Shown here: one piece after another, positions 43,974-56,803 of the stretch | Layout of the letters: each line of letters begins with the position of its first letter | How positions within the stretch are numbered: the first letter of the stretch is position 1 | Origin: Alphaproteobacteria bacterium | GTDB taxonomy: Bacteria > Pseudomonadota > Alphaproteobacteria > MPNO01 | Assembly (NCBI GenBank): GCA_965248835.1 | Contig: CBDFLJ010000002.1 | Coordinates: forward strand, 1,280,001 to 1,344,000 | Reading direction: 5' to 3' | Length of the DNA stretch: 64,000 nucleotides | The notes under the pieces: generated by a model | Told to the model about the DNA's origin: nothing | Databases searched by the model: none | What the model saw: the letters and a program-made list of their open reading frames with translations, nothing else | Made by a program: the position numbers and the translations under genes

Positions 43974-44279
43974 TCAGCCCCGCATCAGATTGATGTCCTC
44001 GACCGCGATCGTGCCGCGGTTCCGGAAATAGACGACGATGATCGCAAGCCCGATCGCGGCTTCCGCGGCCGCGATTGCCAGCACCAGCAGCGCGAAGACC
44101 TGTCCCACCAGGTCCTGATGGTGGACCGAGAACGCGACCAGGTTGATATTGACGGCAAGCAGGATGAGCTCGATCGACATCAGGATGATGATCACGTTCT
44201 TGCGGTTGAGGAAGATGCCAAAGATCCCCAGGGTGAACAGGATCGCCGCGACCGAGAGGTAGTGCGCCAGACCGATCAC
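43974..44279 (-). CDS. nuoK: NADH-quinone oxidoreductase subunit K
   Basis: LMSIELIL and [10 protein letters not shown] motifs; GTG start at 44279. Confidence 0.95.
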   Translation of the reverse strand: MIGLAHYLSVAAILFTLGIFGIFLNRKNVIIILMSIELILLAVNINLVAFSVHHQDLVGQVFALLVLAIAAAEAAIGLAIIVVYFRNRGTIAVEDINLMRG

Positions 44280-44280
44280 C

Positions 44281-44895
44281 TCACACCCCGCTTCCGGGTT
44301 GGACCTTCTTGAGCTCGACCGTCTGGTCGCGCCGTCGCGCAAGCTGAGCCGCGACGCGCTGCTTGCGGACGCCCTCGCGCGCCCGCAAGGTGAGCACGAT
44401 TGCACCGACCATCGCGATCAGCAGGATCACCCCGACCGCCTGAAAGGCGTAGATGTAGTCGGTATAAAGGATCCGACCGATGGCGTGGGTGTTGGTGACC
44501 TCGCTCGCCGGCGGCATGGGCGCGGCGCGAACCAGCACGTCCTCCGGCGCGATCGCCCAGCTTGCGAAAATCAGCACGAGCTCGGCGAGCAGCACGATCC
44601 CGATCAGCGCACCGACCGGCAGGTATTGCAGGAAACCCTGGCGCAGCTCGACGAAGTTGATGTCGAGCATCATCACGACGAACAGGAACAACACCGCGAC
44701 CGCGCCGACATAGACGATCACCAGAGTCATGGCGATGAACTCGGCGCCCATCAGCACGAACAGCCCCGCCGCGTTGAAGAAGGCCAGGATCAGGAACAGT
44801 ACCGAATGGACGGGGTTGCGCGAGGAGATCACCATCACGCCCGCGGCGACCGCGACCGCGGCGAACAGGTAGAAGGCAATGCTTTGAATGATCAT
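44281..44895 (-). CDS. nuoJ: NADH-quinone oxidoreductase subunit J
   Basis: NPVHSVL and [17 protein letters not shown] motifs. Confidence 0.96.
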   Translation of the reverse strand: MIIQSIAFYLFAAVAVAAGVMVISSRNPVHSVLFLILAFFNAAGLFVLMGAEFIAMTLVIVYVGAVAVLFLFVVMMLDINFVELRQGFLQYLPVGALIGIVLLAELVLIFASWAIAPEDVLVRAAPMPPASEVTNTHAIGRILYTDYIYAFQAVGVILLIAMVGAIVLTLRAREGVRKQRVAAQLARRRDQTVELKKVQPGSGV

Positions 44896-44905
44896 CGCGG
44901 CGGGT

Positions 44906-45394
44906 TCAGCGGTAAGGGGCGTCTGCGCTCAGCCGGGCGGCCAGGTCGGCCTCCCACCGGTCGCCGTTATCGAGGAGCTTCTCCTTGTTGTACATCAGCT
45001 CCTCGCGGGTCTCGGTGGCGAACTCGAAGTTCGGCCCCTCGACGATCGCATCGACCGGGCAGGCCTCCTCGCAAAAACCGCAATAGATGCACTTGGTCAT
45101 GTCGATGTCGTAGCGGGTGGCTCGACGGCTGCCGTCGGCACGCGGCTCGGCCTCGATGGTAATCGCCTGGGCCGGGCAGATCGCCTCGCACAGCTTGCAG
45201 GCGATGCAGCGCTCCTCGCCGTTGGGATAGCGTCGAAGCGCGTGCTCGCCGCGGAAGCGCGGACTGAGTGGACCCTTCTCGAAGGGGTAGTTCACCGTCA
45301 CCTTGGGCTTGAAGAAATAGCGCAGCGTCAAGCTCATGCCCGAGATCAGTTCGGCCAGGAACAGAGCGCGTGCGGATCGATCGAGCAATGCCAT
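44906..45394 (-). CDS. nuoI: NADH-quinone oxidoreductase subunit I
   Basis: Two CxxCxxCxxxCP 4Fe-4S motifs; RFRGEH. Confidence 0.97.
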   Translation of the reverse strand: MALLDRSARALFLAELISGMSLTLRYFFKPKVTVNYPFEKGPLSPRFRGEHALRRYPNGEERCIACKLCEAICPAQAITIEAEPRADGSRRATRYDIDMTKCIYCGFCEEACPVDAIVEGPNFEFATETREELMYNKEKLLDNGDRWEADLAARLSADAPYR

Positions 45395-45418
45395 GGCGGT
45401 CGAGCCTCCTCGCCCCGA

Positions 45419-46435
45419 TCAGGCCGTCACCGGCGCCCAGCCGAAAGCGACCAGGACGCCCGCGGTGAGCACCAGCCAGAACAGGGAGAGAGGCAGGAAC
45501 ACCTTCCATCCCAGCCGCATGAGCTGGTCGTAACGATAGCGCGGAAAAGTCGCACGCACCCACAGGAAGAAGAACAGACACAGCGCCAGCTTGGCGCCGA
45601 ACCAAATCGGACCGGGGATCCAGTTGAACGGCGCTACGTCGATGATCGGCAGCCACCCGCCCAGGAACAAGACGGTCGTCATGCCGCTCATCAGGATCAT
45701 GTTCGCGTACTCGCCGAGAAAGAACAGCGCAAACGTCATCGAGGAGTATTCGACGTTGTAGCCGGAGACCAGCTCCGCCTCGGCCTCGGGCAGGTCGAAC
45801 GGCGCGCGGTTGGTCTCGGCAAGCGTGCAGATGAAGAACATCACGAACATCGGCAGCAGCGGGATGCAGAACCACAGCCCCTCCTGCGCCTTGACCACCG
45901 CCGAGAGGTTGAGCGAGCCGACGCACAGCAGCACCGAGATGATCACGAAGCCGATCGCGACCTCGTAGGAGACCATCTGGGCCGCCGAGCGCAGCGCGCC
46001 GAGGAAGGCGTATTTCGAGTTCGACGCCCAGCCGGCCATGATGATGCCGTAGACGCCGAGCGAGGAGATCGCGAACAGGTAGAGCACCCCGACATTGATG
46101 TCGGCCAGCACCCAGCCCTCATCGAACGGGATCACCGCCCAGGCGACGACGGCCAGGATGAAGGTCAGCATCGGCGCCATCAGGAAGACCGCGCGGTTGG
46201 CGCCGCTGGGGATGATGGTCTCCTTGAACAGCAGCTTCAGCCCGTCGGCCACGGGCTGGAGCAAACCGAACGGACCGACCACGTTGGGCCCCTTGCGGAG
46301 CTGCATCGCCGCGATCACCTTGCGTTCGGCGAGCGTCAGGTAGGCGACCCCTCCGAGCAGCGGGATCAGGATCGCGATGATGTAGGCGACGATCAGGACC
46401 GCCGGCCAGACATATATCGTCCAGAGGCTATCCAT
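45419..46435 (-). CDS. nuoH: NADH-quinone oxidoreductase subunit H
   Basis: [14 protein letters not shown] and [13 protein letters not shown] motifs. Confidence 0.97.
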   Translation of the reverse strand: MDSLWTIYVWPAVLIVAYIIAILIPLLGGVAYLTLAERKVIAAMQLRKGPNVVGPFGLLQPVADGLKLLFKETIIPSGANRAVFLMAPMLTFILAVVAWAVIPFDEGWVLADINVGVLYLFAISSLGVYGIIMAGWASNSKYAFLGALRSAAQMVSYEVAIGFVIISVLLCVGSLNLSAVVKAQEGLWFCIPLLPMFVMFFICTLAETNRAPFDLPEAEAELVSGYNVEYSSMTFALFFLGEYANMILMSGMTTVLFLGGWLPIIDVAPFNWIPGPIWFGAKLALCLFFFLWVRATFPRYRYDQLMRLGWKVFLPLSLFWLVLTAGVLVAFGWAPVTA

Positions 46436-48491
46436 CGGTGCCCGTCTTCCCGGCCGGTGCGCCGAGGAAGGTGCGCGTGCAGGCCGCCATGGTCTCCGAA
46501 GAACGGCTGATCGGATCGGTCATGTAGAAGTTCTCGATCGGCGAGGCGAACGGCGCAGCATCCATGCTGCCGGGCTCTCCGAAGGCGCCCCAGGCGGCGG
46601 GCGCGACACGGCCGATCGCGCCGAAGACCGGGTTGGCCTCGACCAGCCGGGTGCGCACCGCATCGAGGTCGTCATAGGGCAAGGTCCTGCCGAGGACCTC
46701 GGAGAGCGCGCGCAGGATCCGCCAGTCCTCGCGCGCCTCGCCAGGCGGGAAGACCGCGCGCGCGGTGCGCTGCGCTCGGCCTTCGAGGTTGACGTAGGTC
46801 GCGTCTTTCTCGGTATAGGCGGCGCCGGGCAGCACCACGTCGGCGCGCATCGCACCGGTATCGCCGTGATGGCCCTGGTAGACCACGAAGGCCTGGCCGA
46901 GCCGCCCGGTGTCGATCTCGTCGGCGCCCAGCAGAAAGACGAAATCGATCTCCCCTGTCTCGGCGCCGGCGAGGATCCCCGCGACATCCCGCCCGCCCGC
47001 ACCCGGAACCAGGGAGAGATCGAGCGCGCCGACGCGTGCGGCCGCAATGTGGAGCACGTTGAAGCCGTTCCAACCCTCGCCCACCATGGCGAAGCGCTCG
47101 GCGATCGCGTGTGCCGTCGCCAGGACCGCCGCCCCGTCGGGGCGGGCAAGCGGCCCCTGGCCGAGGACGATCATCGGCCTTTTGGCTGCCTCCAGATGCT
47201 CGCAGAAGAGGTGGCGGCCGTCTGCGATCTCCGACAATGTCTGACCGCCCATGCCCAGATGTTCGACCCGATAGGTCAGATCGACGGGCCGGCCGATCAG
47301 GCCGACCGGAAAGGCGCCCGCCAATGCGCGCTTGCGCAGCCTCGCATTGACCAGCGGCGCCTCCCAGCGCGGGTTTGTGCCCACCAGCAGGCATGCATCG
47401 GCATGCTCGATACCGGCGATGGCGGTGTTGAACAGATAGGCCGCGCGCGGAGCGGCCGGCAGCTTGGCGCCGTCCTGACGGCCATCGATACTGGCCGTAC
47501 CCAGACCGGAAAAAAGGTCCCTGAGGACGATCATGGCTTCGCAATCGGCCAGGTCGCCGGCGATCGCTGCGATCCGATCCGGCGTGGTCGCGGCGACCGC
47601 CGTCTCGATCGCAGCGAACGCCTCGGACCAGCTCACCGGACGCAGCCGCCCGTCGCGCCGGACATAGGGCCGGTCGAGTCTCTGGCGCCTGAGCCCGTCA
47701 TAGGAGAACCGCGTCTTGTCGGAGATCCACTCCTCGTTGATCTCCTCGTTGATCAGCGGCAAGACGCGCTGGACCTCCCCGCCCCTGGCATCGATGCGGA
47801 TGTTGCTGCCGAGTGCGTCCATGGCGTCGATCGACTCGGTCTTGGTCAGCTCCCAGGGCCGCGCGTTGAAGGCATAGGGCTTGGAGGTCAGCGCGCCGAC
47901 CGGGCAGAGATCGATGATGTTGCCGGACAGCTCGGACGTCAGCGCGCTTTGCAGCGTGGTATCGACCTCCATGTGCTCGCCACGACCGGTCGCGCCGAGC
48001 TCTTCGACGCCGGCGACTTCGGTGACGAACCGGATACAGCGTGTGCAATGGATGCAGCGCGTCATGTGGGTTTCGACCAGCGGGCCGAAATCCTTGTCCG
48101 GCACCGCGCGCTTGTTTTCCTCGAACCGCGACCGGTCGAAGCCATAGGCCATGGCCTGGTCCTGCAGGTCGCATTCCCCGCCCTGGTCGCAGATCGGGCA
48201 GTCGAGCGGGTGGTTGATCAGCAGGAACTCCATCACGCCCCGGCGCGCCTTGCGAACCGTCTCGGTGTTGGTGCGGATGACCATGCCGTTGCCGACCGGC
48301 ATCGCGCACGATGCGATCGGCTTGGGCGAGCGCTCCATCTCGACCAGGCACATCCGGCAATTGCCGGCGATCGACAACCGTTCGTGATAGCAGAACCGGG
48401 GGATCTCCTTGCCGGCGATCTCACAGGCCTGGAGGACGCTCAGCCCGTCCTCGACCTCGATCTCGACGCCGTCGATCGTCAGTTTCGCCAT
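46428..48491 (-). CDS. nuoG: NADH-quinone oxidoreductase subunit G
   Basis: [27 protein letters not shown] and RCIHCTRC motifs. Confidence 0.97.
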   Translation of the reverse strand: MAKLTIDGVEIEVEDGLSVLQACEIAGKEIPRFCYHERLSIAGNCRMCLVEMERSPKPIASCAMPVGNGMVIRTNTETVRKARRGVMEFLLINHPLDCPICDQGGECDLQDQAMAYGFDRSRFEENKRAVPDKDFGPLVETHMTRCIHCTRCIRFVTEVAGVEELGATGRGEHMEVDTTLQSALTSELSGNIIDLCPVGALTSKPYAFNARPWELTKTESIDAMDALGSNIRIDARGGEVQRVLPLINEEINEEWISDKTRFSYDGLRRQRLDRPYVRRDGRLRPVSWSEAFAAIETAVAATTPDRIAAIAGDLADCEAMIVLRDLFSGLGTASIDGRQDGAKLPAAPRAAYLFNTAIAGIEHADACLLVGTNPRWEAPLVNARLRKRALAGAFPVGLIGRPVDLTYRVEHLGMGGQTLSEIADGRHLFCEHLEAAKRPMIVLGQGPLARPDGAAVLATAHAIAERFAMVGEGWNGFNVLHIAAARVGALDLSLVPGAGGRDVAGILAGAETGEIDFVFLLGADEIDTGRLGQAFVVYQGHHGDTGAMRADVVLPGAAYTEKDATYVNLEGRAQRTARAVFPPGEAREDWRILRALSEVLGRTLPYDDLDAVRTRLVEANPVFGAIGRVAPAAWGAFGEPGSMDAAPFASPIENFYMTDPISRSSETMAACTRTFLGAPAGKTGTDG

Positions 48492-48515
48492 CGGGCGCCT
48501 CTCAACCCTCCGCGC

Positions 48516-49805
48516 TCATGCTGCCGCGACGCTATCGGTCTTGCGGGCAATGATGCGGGCCTCCACGTCGTCGCGGAAATGCCGCATCAGGCCTTGGATC
48601 GGCCAGGCAGAGGCATCGCCATGAGCACAGATCGTATGGCCCTCGATCTCGTAGCCCACCGCGAGCAGCATGTCGATGTCGGCGATCTCCGCATCACCGG
48701 TGACCAGGCGCTCCATGACGCGCCACATCCAGCCGGTGCCTTCGCGGCAGGGCGTGCACTGGCCGCAGGACTCGTGCATGTAGAATTTCGAAAGACGCGC
48801 GATCGCGGCGACCACATCGGTCGATTTGTCCATCACGATCACCGCCGCGGTGCCGAGACCGGACTGGACCTCGCGCAGGCCGTCAAAGTCCATGATCGCG
48901 CTGTCGCAGACCGAGCGCGGTATGATCGGAACCGAGGAGCCGCCGGGGATGACGGCCTTCAAATTGTCCCAGCCGCCGCGCACCCCGCCGGCATGTTTGT
49001 CGATCAGCTCGCGAAGGCCGATGCCCATCGTCTCTTCGACGTTGCACGGGCTGTTCACGTGGCCGGAGATGCAGAAAACCTTGGTGCCGGTGTTGTTCTC
49101 GCGCCCGAAGCTCGAGAACCAGGACGCGCCACGCTTGAGGATCGCCGGCACCACGGCGATGGTCTCGACGTTGTTGATCGTCGTCGGACAGCCATAGAGC
49201 CCGGTGTTGGCCGGGAACGGCGGCTTGATCCGCGGCATGCCCTTCTTGCCCTCCAGGCTTTCGAGCAAGCCCGTCTCCTCGCCGCAGATATAGGCCCCGG
49301 CGCCGCGATGGACGACGATGTCGAAGTCGAAGCCGGAGCCGCAGGCGTTGGCGCCGATCAGCCCGGCCTCGCGGGCTTCCTCGACAGCGGCCTCCAGCAC
49401 TTGGGCCTCGCGCACGAACTCGCCGCGGATGTAGATGAACGCCGTGTTCGCCCCCATTCCGAAGCTTGCCAGGAGCGCGCCTTCGATCAGCTTCTGCGGA
49501 TCGTGGCGAATGATATCGCGGTCCTTGCACGTCCCGGGCTCGCTCTCGTCGGCGTTGATCACCAGATAGGACGGGCGGGCGTCGGACTCCTTGGGCATGA
49601 ACGACCATTTGAGCCCGGTCGGAAACCCCGCCCCGCCGCGGCCGCGCAGGCCGGAGGACTTCACTTCCTCGACCACCCAGTCGCGGCCCTTGGCGATCAC
49701 CGCCTTGGTGCCGTCCCAGTCGCCGCGTCCCCGAGCGGCCGGCAGCCGCCAGTCGTGCTGGCCGTAGAGATTGGTAAAGATCCGGTCCTTGTCGGTCAGC
49801 GCCAT
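48516..49805 (-). CDS. nuoF: NADH-quinone oxidoreductase subunit F
   Basis: [27 protein letters not shown] and [12 protein letters not shown] motifs. Confidence 0.97.
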   Translation of the reverse strand: MALTDKDRIFTNLYGQHDWRLPAARGRGDWDGTKAVIAKGRDWVVEEVKSSGLRGRGGAGFPTGLKWSFMPKESDARPSYLVINADESEPGTCKDRDIIRHDPQKLIEGALLASFGMGANTAFIYIRGEFVREAQVLEAAVEEAREAGLIGANACGSGFDFDIVVHRGAGAYICGEETGLLESLEGKKGMPRIKPPFPANTGLYGCPTTINNVETIAVVPAILKRGASWFSSFGRENNTGTKVFCISGHVNSPCNVEETMGIGLRELIDKHAGGVRGGWDNLKAVIPGGSSVPIIPRSVCDSAIMDFDGLREVQSGLGTAAVIVMDKSTDVVAAIARLSKFYMHESCGQCTPCREGTGWMWRVMERLVTGDAEIADIDMLLAVGYEIEGHTICAHGDASAWPIQGLMRHFRDDVEARIIARKTDSVAAA

Positions 49806-50455
49806 CAGGCCTGTTCCTCCTCGCCGGCCCCGGCCGCCGCGATCGGCTCCCGATCGGTATCGACGGACGGCATAGCGGCCGCGACGGCGGTCAGGGTCCG
49901 GGGCCCGCCGAGGGGCGCCGATTTCTGCCGGCCGATCTGGGGGCCGGGTGCGGGTCGCTCGCCGGCGCGCAAGTCCCTCAGGATCTCCCGGATCCGATCC
50001 GGCTCCAGATCCTCGTAATAATCGTCGTCGATCCAGACGACGGGCGCATTGACGCAGGCGCCCAGGCATTCGAACTCGGCGAGCGTGAACTTGTCGTCGG
50101 CGCTGGTCCCGCCGACCTCGATGCCGAGCTCGTCCTTGCAGGCAGCCAGGATCTCGGTGCTGCCGCGCAGCATGCAGGGCGTGGTCGTGCACACCCGCAC
50201 CATGTGCTCGCCGACGGGTTGGGAATTGAACATCTCGTAGAACGAGATCACCTCGTAGACCCGGATCAGCGGCATATCCAGCATCTCGGCGACCGTGGCG
50301 ACCGCCTGCGGCGACAGCCAGCCGCCGTTCTGGCGCTGGGCGAGGTCGAGCACCGGAAGGATTGCCGAGGCCTGGCGCCCTTCGGGGTAGCGCGCAATAG
50401 TGGCCCTCGCCTTGTCGAGATTCTCGGAGCTGAAGGCGAACGGCGCCTCGCTCAC
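49805..50455 (-). CDS. nuoE: NADH-quinone oxidoreductase subunit E
   Basis: [17 protein letters not shown] and [10 protein letters not shown] motifs; GTG overlaps the nuoD stop. Confidence 0.95.
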   Translation of the reverse strand: MSEAPFAFSSENLDKARATIARYPEGRQASAILPVLDLAQRQNGGWLSPQAVATVAEMLDMPLIRVYEVISFYEMFNSQPVGEHMVRVCTTTPCMLRGSTEILAACKDELGIEVGGTSADDKFTLAEFECLGACVNAPVVWIDDDYYEDLEPDRIREILRDLRAGERPAPGPQIGRQKSAPLGGPRTLTAVAAAMPSVDTDREPIAAAGAGEEEQA

Positions 50456-51630
50456 CGATCGATCTCCCCGAAGACGATGTCCATCGAGCCGATGATGGCG
50501 ACCAGGTCGGCCAGCATGTGGCCCTTGCACATGAACTCGGCAGCCTGCAGGAAGGCGAAGCCCGGCGCGCGGATCTTGCAGCGATAGGGCTTGTTGGTGC
50601 CGTCCGCGACCAGGTAGACCCCGAACTCGCCCTTGGGCGCCTCGACGGCGGTATAGGTCTCGCCGGCCGGGACGTGATAGCCCTCGGTATAGAGCTTGAA
50701 GTGGTGAATCAGGGCTTCCATCGAGGTCTTCATCTCGCTGCGCCGCGGCGGGGTGATCTTGTGGTCCTCGGTCCGCACCGGGCCTTCCGGCAGCTCCGCC
50801 AGGCATTGCCCGATGATTCTCAGGCTCTGGCGCATCTCCTCGATGCGGACCAGATAGCGGTCGTAGCAGTCCCCGTTCCTGCCCACCGGAATATCGAAAT
50901 CCATCCCGGCATAGACGTCGTAGGGCTGGGACTTGCGCAGGTCCCAGGGCAGACCCGAGGCCCGCAGCATCGGCCCCGACAGACCCCAATCCAGCGCGTC
51001 CTCGATCGAAATGGCGCCGATGTCCACCGCACGCTGCTTGAAGATCCGGTTTTCCGTCAGCAGCGATTCCGTATCGTCGATGAACTTCGGCAACGTCTCG
51101 CAGAACGCCGCGATGTCTTCGGCCAGCCCCACCGGCAGGTCGCGGTGAACCCCGCCCGGGCGGAAATAGGCGGCATGCAGCCGCGCACCGCTCACCCTCT
51201 CATAGAACTCCATCATCTTCTCGCGTTCCTCGAACCCCCACAGGAACGGCGTCATCGCGCCGACATCGAGCGCGAAGCTGCAGATGTTGAGGATGTGGTT
51301 GAGCAACCGCGAGATCTCGCAGAACAGGACGCGCACATACTGGCCGCGCGCGGGCACCTCGATCCCCAGGAGCTTCTCGGTCGCCAGGGCGAAGGCATGC
51401 TCCTGGGACATCGGCGAGACGTAGTCCAGCCGGTCGAAATAGGGCACCGCCTGGATATAGGTCTTGTGCTCGATCAGCTTCTCGGTGCCGCGGTGCAGCA
51501 GGCCGATATGGGGGTCGGCGCGCTCGATCACCTCGCCGTCCATCTCGACCACTAGCCGCAAAACCCCATGTGCCGCAGGGTGTTGCGGGCCGAAGTTCAT
51601 CGTAAGGTTCTTGATTTCGGTCTCGGCCAA
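50452..51630 (-). CDS. nuoD: NADH-quinone oxidoreductase subunit D
   Basis: [30 protein letters not shown] and FGEIDR motifs; probable TTG start at 51630. Confidence 0.96.
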   Translation of the reverse strand: MAETEIKNLTMNFGPQHPAAHGVLRLVVEMDGEVIERADPHIGLLHRGTEKLIEHKTYIQAVPYFDRLDYVSPMSQEHAFALATEKLLGIEVPARGQYVRVLFCEISRLLNHILNICSFALDVGAMTPFLWGFEEREKMMEFYERVSGARLHAAYFRPGGVHRDLPVGLAEDIAAFCETLPKFIDDTESLLTENRIFKQRAVDIGAISIEDALDWGLSGPMLRASGLPWDLRKSQPYDVYAGMDFDIPVGRNGDCYDRYLVRIEEMRQSLRIIGQCLAELPEGPVRTEDHKITPPRRSEMKTSMEALIHHFKLYTEGYHVPAGETYTAVEAPKGEFGVYLVADGTNKPYRCKIRAPGFAFLQAAEFMCKGHMLADLVAIIGSMDIVFGEIDR

Positions 51631-51634
51631 GGGT

Positions 51635-52252
51635 CTATTCCTTGGTCCCCGCGCCATCGGCCTTCTCGTCGCCGGGCAGGATATATTGCGCACCCTCCCA
51701 CGGGCTCATGAAGTCGAAGCTGCGGAAATCCTGAGTCAACTGGACTGGCTCATAGACCACCCGCTTCTGCTCCTCGTCGTAGCGTAGCTCGACATGGCCG
51801 GTCAGCGGGAAGTCCTTCCTCAGCGGGTGGCCCTCGAAGCCGTAATCGGTCATCAGCCGGCGCAGGTCGGGGTTGCCGGCGAAATAGATTCCGTAGAGGT
51901 CCCAGGCCTCGCGCTCGTACCAGCCGGCCGCGGAATAGACCTCGCAGACACTGGGCACCGGCGTCGTCTCGTCGACCGAGACCTTGACCCTGATGCGCTG
52001 ATTGTGGTGCAGGCTCAAGAGGTTGTAGACCACCTCGAACCGCTGTCCGCGCTCCGGATAGTCGACTCCGCAGAGATCGACCAGAACCTTGAACAGGCAG
52101 CTTGCGTCGTCGCGCAGGAAGCTCAGCACCGCGACGATGGATGCGGCGGGAACCTCGATCACCAGCTCGTCGTTGACGATCCGCCCGACGGTCCCGGCGA
52201 CCGGAATCGAAGAGGAAAGGTAATCGCCGAGATCGATGAGGGCCTGATTCAT
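51635..52252 (-). CDS. nuoC: NADH-quinone oxidoreductase subunit C
   Basis: WYEREAWD and GHPLRKDFP motifs. Confidence 0.97.
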   Translation of the reverse strand: MNQALIDLGDYLSSSIPVAGTVGRIVNDELVIEVPAASIVAVLSFLRDDASCLFKVLVDLCGVDYPERGQRFEVVYNLLSLHHNQRIRVKVSVDETTPVPSVCEVYSAAGWYEREAWDLYGIYFAGNPDLRRLMTDYGFEGHPLRKDFPLTGHVELRYDEEQKRVVYEPVQLTQDFRSFDFMSPWEGAQYILPGDEKADGAGTKE

Positions 52253-52291
52253 GGGGGACCTTGTCGTGCCCGGGCCGGTCCCGGGCCGCGT

Positions 52292-52810
52292 TCAGCGCGC
52301 GATGGTGCTGGTTCGCCGAATTTTCTTCTGGAGCTGGAGGATGCCGTAGAGCAGCGCCTCAGCCGTCGGTGGACAGCCGGGGACGTAGACGTCGACCGGC
52401 ACGATCCGATCGCAGCCGCGGACCACGGAATAGGAATAGTGGTAATAGCCGCCGCCATTGGCGCAACTGCCCATGGAGATGACCCAGCGCGGCTCGGCCA
52501 TCTGGTCATAGACCTTGCGCAGCGCGGGCGCCATCTTGTTGGTCAGCGTGCCGGCGACGATCATCACGTCGGATTGACGCGGGCTCGGTCGGAAGACCAC
52601 GCCGAACCGATCGAGGTCGTAGCGGCTGGCTGCGGTATGCATCATCTCGACCGCGCAGCAAGCAAGCCCGAAGGTCATCGGCCACAACGAGCCCGATTGC
52701 GCCCAGCCGACCAGCTTGTCGAGTTGGGCGATCACGAAGCCCTTGTCGGAGAGCTGCCGGCTGACCTGACCGACAACCGCGTCCTCGTCCGCGGTCCGGG
52801 TCACTCCCAT
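52292..52810 (-). CDS. nuoB: NADH-quinone oxidoreductase subunit B
   Basis: [16 protein letters not shown] and VPGCPP motifs. Confidence 0.97.
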   Translation of the reverse strand: MGVTRTADEDAVVGQVSRQLSDKGFVIAQLDKLVGWAQSGSLWPMTFGLACCAVEMMHTAASRYDLDRFGVVFRPSPRQSDVMIVAGTLTNKMAPALRKVYDQMAEPRWVISMGSCANGGGYYHYSYSVVRGCDRIVPVDVYVPGCPPTAEALLYGILQLQKKIRRTSTIAR

Positions 52811-53172
52811 TCCAGCGCCCCCTTCTTCCATTCGTAGACGAAACCGATCGTCAGCACGGCCAGGAACACCATCATCGACCAGAAGCCGAGCATGCCGATC
52901 GCGCTCAGCGAGATCGCCCACGGGAACAGGAAGGCGATCTCGATGTCGAAGATGATGAACAGGATCGCCACCAGGTAGAAGCGGACGTCGAACTGGCTGC
53001 GCGCGTCGTCGAAAGCCTCGAAGCCGCATTCGTAGGCCGAGAGCTTTTCGGTGTCGGGACGCTGCCGGGCAACGATATAGGACGCGGCGACCATGGCAAC
53101 CGCCAGCCCGGTGGCGATGCCGATGAAGATCAAGATCGGCAAATACTCGATCAGCAGTGCTTCGAGCGCCAT
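52801..53172 (-). CDS. nuoA: NADH-quinone oxidoreductase subunit A
   Basis: YECGF, FIIFDIE and KGALEWE motifs. Confidence 0.97.
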   Translation of the reverse strand: MALEALLIEYLPILIFIGIATGLAVAMVAASYIVARQRPDTEKLSAYECGFEAFDDARSQFDVRFYLVAILFIIFDIEIAFLFPWAISLSAIGMLGFWSMMVFLAVLTIGFVYEWKKGALEWE

Positions 53173-53252
53173 ATCCGCTCCATCCCCGTTCGCGCACGCC
53201 CGACGCGCGGCCGTCGGTGCGGCATCCCGAGCATGCCCACGATGCCGCGGGC

Positions 53253-53358
53253 TTTATAGGCCATGACGCCCCGAATTCAAAGCTGTTGCGCGCGACGGCG
53301 TCGTTCCCCGGCCCGCCGCTTCGCCTCGGTTGACTCCGACTCCGAAGCGCGCCTAAAT
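53253..53358. promoter_or_regulatory. Divergent sigma70-like promoters for nuo (-) and the TAXI operon (+)
   Basis: Minus strand TTGAAT(53280-75)-N16-TATAAA(53258-53); plus strand TTGACT(53330-35)-N17-CTAAAT(53353-58). Confidence 0.5.
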
Positions 53359-53420
53359 CGTGCTGCGGCCTGCCGCAGAGGCGGTGTTGGCACATATTCG
53401 AACGCAATCCGGAGCGAGGA

Positions 53421-54419
53421 ATGATGATCAGAGGAATAGCGGCCACCGCGATAGCCCTCGCGGTGGTCTGTGTGGGCCTTCCCCAGACGGGCGAAGCGGC
53501 CAGCAAGCGCACGTTCATAGCCATCGGCACCGGCGGGCCGACCGGCGTCTATTTCGTTGCCGGCAACGCGATCTGCCGGATGCTGCACAAGGAAGCCGCG
53601 GAAGGCCGCAAGAAGGGCCGCAAGCACGGCATCCGCTGCTCTGCGCCGTCGACCAACGGCTCGACCTACAACATCGCCCAGATCAAGGCCGGCGAGCTCG
53701 ATTTCGGCGTCGCGCAGTCGGATTGGCAGTATCACTCCTATAACGGATCCTCCAAAAAGGTTACCAGCTTCCCCAAGCTGCGGGCGGTCTTCTCGGTCCA
53801 TCCCGAGGCCTACCACCTTGTGGTCCACAAGAACTCCGGCATCAAGTCGTGGAAGGACCTGAAGGGCAAGCGGTTCAACATCGGCAATCCCGGCTCGGGT
53901 CAACGCCAGACGACCGAGCTTCTGATGCAGCTCTACAACACCCCGAGGAGCTATTTCGGGCTGGTGACCGAGCTGACCTCGACCGAGCACTCGACCGCGT
54001 TGTGTGACCGCAAAATCGACGCCTACGGTTATGTCGTGGGCGTTCCGAACTCCGGCGTCGCGGTGGCGACCGACGGCTGCTTTGCCAAGATCGTCACGCT
54101 CAACACCGACGTCGAAAAGAATCTGATCGCCAAGCGGCCCTATTACGCGCGCACGGTCGTCCCGCAGGGGACCTACAAATCGACCACTTCCGATGTGGTC
54201 ACGTTCGGCGGCATGGCGACCATCGTCACTTCCGCAGACGTCGCCGACAACACCGCCTTCGAGGTCACCCGTGCGGTGATGGAGAACATCAATGACTTCC
54301 GGCGGCTGCATCCTGCCTTCGCCAACCTCAAGCCCGAGAACATGATGAAGGACGGCCTGTCCGCGCCGCTTCATCCCGGTGCAGCGAAGTACTATCGCGA
54401 GAAGGGCTGGCTCAAATAG
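53421..54419 (+). CDS. TAXI-family TRAP solute-binding protein
   Basis: Signal peptide; [22 protein letters not shown] and PLHPGA motifs. Confidence 0.92.
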   Translation: MMIRGIAATAIALAVVCVGLPQTGEAASKRTFIAIGTGGPTGVYFVAGNAICRMLHKEAAEGRKKGRKHGIRCSAPSTNGSTYNIAQIKAGELDFGVAQSDWQYHSYNGSSKKVTSFPKLRAVFSVHPEAYHLVVHKNSGIKSWKDLKGKRFNIGNPGSGQRQTTELLMQLYNTPRSYFGLVTELTSTEHSTALCDRKIDAYGYVVGVPNSGVAVATDGCFAKIVTLNTDVEKNLIAKRPYYARTVVPQGTYKSTTSDVVTFGGMATIVTSADVADNTAFEVTRAVMENINDFRRLHPAFANLKPENMMKDGLSAPLHPGAAKYYREKGWLK

Positions 54420-54466
54420 AGCATGTTTCGAACAGGCTCTAGGCTACGCCCCCGCGCATCGCGGAA

Positions 54467-56803
54467 TTGAGCACCAGGCCTGACGACCTGATCGAACGCC
54501 TCGAGTCCACCGGTGGTGGGCTCGTCACTTTTTGGGCGCGTATTCTTGCCGCGCTCGCGCTGATCTGGTCGCTGTTCCAGCTTTGGATCGCCTCCCCGCT
54601 GCCGTTCTCGACCGGGATCGCCATCTTCGTCGACATGCCGGCGCGCAGCGTCCACTTGGCGTTCGGGCTGCTGCTGTGTTTCCTCGCCTTTCCCTTCCGG
54701 CGCGGTACCCGCAGGACCAGGGTGCCGCCGTTCGACATCGTGCTGGCGGTGATTGCGTTTTTCTGCTCGGCCTATCTGTGGCTCGACTATGACGGGATCA
54801 CAGGGCGCGACGGCATCCTGCACACGCTCCAGTTCGCCGGCATCAAGGTGCCTTTCGAGGCGATCCTGGGAGGTGCCGGGATCGTGCTGCTGCTCGAGGC
54901 TACACGGCGGTCGGTCGGTTGGCCGCTGGTGATCGTGTGTGCGGTCTTCATCGGCTATTCGCTGGCCGGGCAGTCGATGCCGGAGTTGATCTCCCATAAG
55001 GGCGTCTCGCTGGAGCGGCTGATCGGCTATCAGTGGCTGACCGGCGAGGCGATCTTCGGCATCCCGATCAACGTCTCGGTAAGCTACGTCTTCCTGTTCG
55101 TTCTGTTCGGCGCCTTCATGGACCGGGCCGGCGCCGGGCGCTATTTCCTCGACCTCGCCTTCGCCATGGTCGGCAAGTACCGCGGCGGGCCGGCCAAGGG
55201 GGCGATCCTCGCCTCCGGCATGACCGGCATGGTCTCCGGCTCCTCGATCGCCAACACCGTGACCACCGGCACCTTCACCATCCCGATGATGAAGCGGATG
55301 GGCTTCACCTCGGTCAAGGCCGGGGCGATCGAGGTCGCGGCCTCGACCAACGGCCAGATCATGCCGCCGATCATGGGGGCGGCTGCCTTCATCATCGCCG
55401 AGTTCGTCGGCATCTCCTACTACGACGTGATCGTGCATGCCGCCCTGCCGGCGGTGATCAGCTACTGCGCGCTGTTCTATATCTCCCACCTGGAAGCGCT
55501 GAAGCTCGGGCTGAAGGGGCTTCCCAAGGCCGATCTGCCGGCGCTCAAGGCGACGTTCCTGGGCGGCGCCCATTTCCTGATACCGATCGGGGTCTTGATC
55601 TATTTGTTGGTGGTCGAGCGCTGGTCGCCGGCAAGCGCTGTCTTCTACTCGATCCTGCTGATGATGGCGATCATCCTGATAAATGCGGTCCGCAATGCCG
55701 GCAGTGTCGCCTCGGGCCTCGGGAACGGACTTGCCGTGATCCATAACGCCCTGGTCGCCGGCGCGCGCAACATGATCTCGGTGACCGCGGCGACCGGGTC
55801 GGCCGGACTGATCGTCGGCGTGGTTTCGGCGACCGGGCTCAACAACGCGATGCTGGGCGTGGTCGAGACGCTGAGCCAGGGTAACGTCTATATCCTGCTG
55901 CTCTTGACCGCGCTGGTGTGCATCGTGCTCGGCATGGGACTGCCGACGACGGCGAACTACATCGTCGTGGCGTCCCTGATGGCCGGCGTCATCGTCGAGC
56001 TCGGCAACGCCTCGGGGCTAGTCCTGCCGCTGATAGGCGTCCATATGTTCGTATTCTATTTCGGGCTGATGGCCGATTCGACGCCGCCGGTGTGCCTTGC
56101 CGCCTTTGCGGCCTCGGCGATCTCCGGCGCCGATCCGCTCAAGACCGGCGTGCAGTCTTTCATGTACGACATCCGGACGGCGATCCTGCCACTGGTCTTC
56201 ATCTTCAACCCCGCTCTCCTGCTGGTCGATGTCGACAGCGTGGGCGAAGGCGTGATGGTCTTCGTGGTCTCGCTGATCGCCATCCTGTCGTTCAGCGCGC
56301 TCACCCAGTGGTGGCTGTTCGTGCGGCTGCGGGTGTGGGAGGGGATCGTGCTGGTCGTGGTGATCGTCTGCCTGTTCCGGCCCGATTTCGTGCTCAACCA
56401 GGTCTTGCCGGACTTCGCTCCGGTCGACGCGGCGGAAGTTCAGGCCGCCCCATCCCCGGTCGAGCCCGGCCGCAAGATCCGCATCCGCATTGTCCGGCAG
56501 ACCGATTATGGCGACCGCTTCAAGCTGTTCGCCATCACGCCGGTCCCCGGCCGACCCGACCAGTCGCTGGCGGACGTACTGGGGCTCACGCTGGCGCCGC
56601 TCGACGACGGCCGGATCGAGATCGCCAACACCGCCTTCATGGGGCCGGGCGAGAAGGCGGGGCTCGCCTTCGGCGACATCATCACCGGCATCGAGGTCGA
56701 GCAGACCGGGCGGCCGCTCAAGGAGATCGTCTATCCCTTCGGGCTCGCCGCACTTGCCCTGGTGCTGGCGAGCCAGGCTCGGCGGCGGCGGCGCAGCGCA
56801 TGA
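54467..56803 (+). CDS. Fused TRAP permease (4TM/12TM type) with C-terminal extension
   Basis: GPAK, SGSSIANTVTTG, GQIMPPIMGAAAF, GMGLPTTANY and ADSTPPV motifs; TTG start uncertain. Confidence 0.9.
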   Translation: MSTRPDDLIERLESTGGGLVTFWARILAALALIWSLFQLWIASPLPFSTGIAIFVDMPARSVHLAFGLLLCFLAFPFRRGTRRTRVPPFDIVLAVIAFFCSAYLWLDYDGITGRDGILHTLQFAGIKVPFEAILGGAGIVLLLEATRRSVGWPLVIVCAVFIGYSLAGQSMPELISHKGVSLERLIGYQWLTGEAIFGIPINVSVSYVFLFVLFGAFMDRAGAGRYFLDLAFAMVGKYRGGPAKGAILASGMTGMVSGSSIANTVTTGTFTIPMMKRMGFTSVKAGAIEVAASTNGQIMPPIMGAAAFIIAEFVGISYYDVIVHAALPAVISYCALFYISHLEALKLGLKGLPKADLPALKATFLGGAHFLIPIGVLIYLLVVERWSPASAVFYSILLMMAIILINAVRNAGSVASGLGNGLAVIHNALVAGARNMISVTAATGSAGLIVGVVSATGLNNAMLGVVETLSQGNVYILLLLTALVCIVLGMGLPTTANYIVVASLMAGVIVELGNASGLVLPLIGVHMFVFYFGLMADSTPPVCLAAFAASAISGADPLKTGVQSFMYDIRTAILPLVFIFNPALLLVDVDSVGEGVMVFVVSLIAILSFSALTQWWLFVRLRVWEGIVLVVVIVCLFRPDFVLNQVLPDFAPVDAAEVQAAPSPVEPGRKIRIRIVRQTDYGDRFKLFAITPVPGRPDQSLADVLGLTLAPLDDGRIEIANTAFMGPGEKAGLAFGDIITGIEVEQTGRPLKEIVYPFGLAALALVLASQARRRRRSA

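Noticed and set aside
46866-50018. 1050-aa plus-strand ORF and many other long antisense ORFs (e.g. 15472..17241, 35892..37766, 33888..35390)
   Set aside because: Shadow frames opposite well-supported genes, expected in high-GC DNA with strong codon bias; no recognisable motifs.
55918-56799. Apparent 713-aa fusion ORF with a long N-terminal extension on the M20 hydrolase
   Set aside because: The extension is an alternate frame of the TRAP permease; the real start is ATG 56800 overlapping the permease stop.
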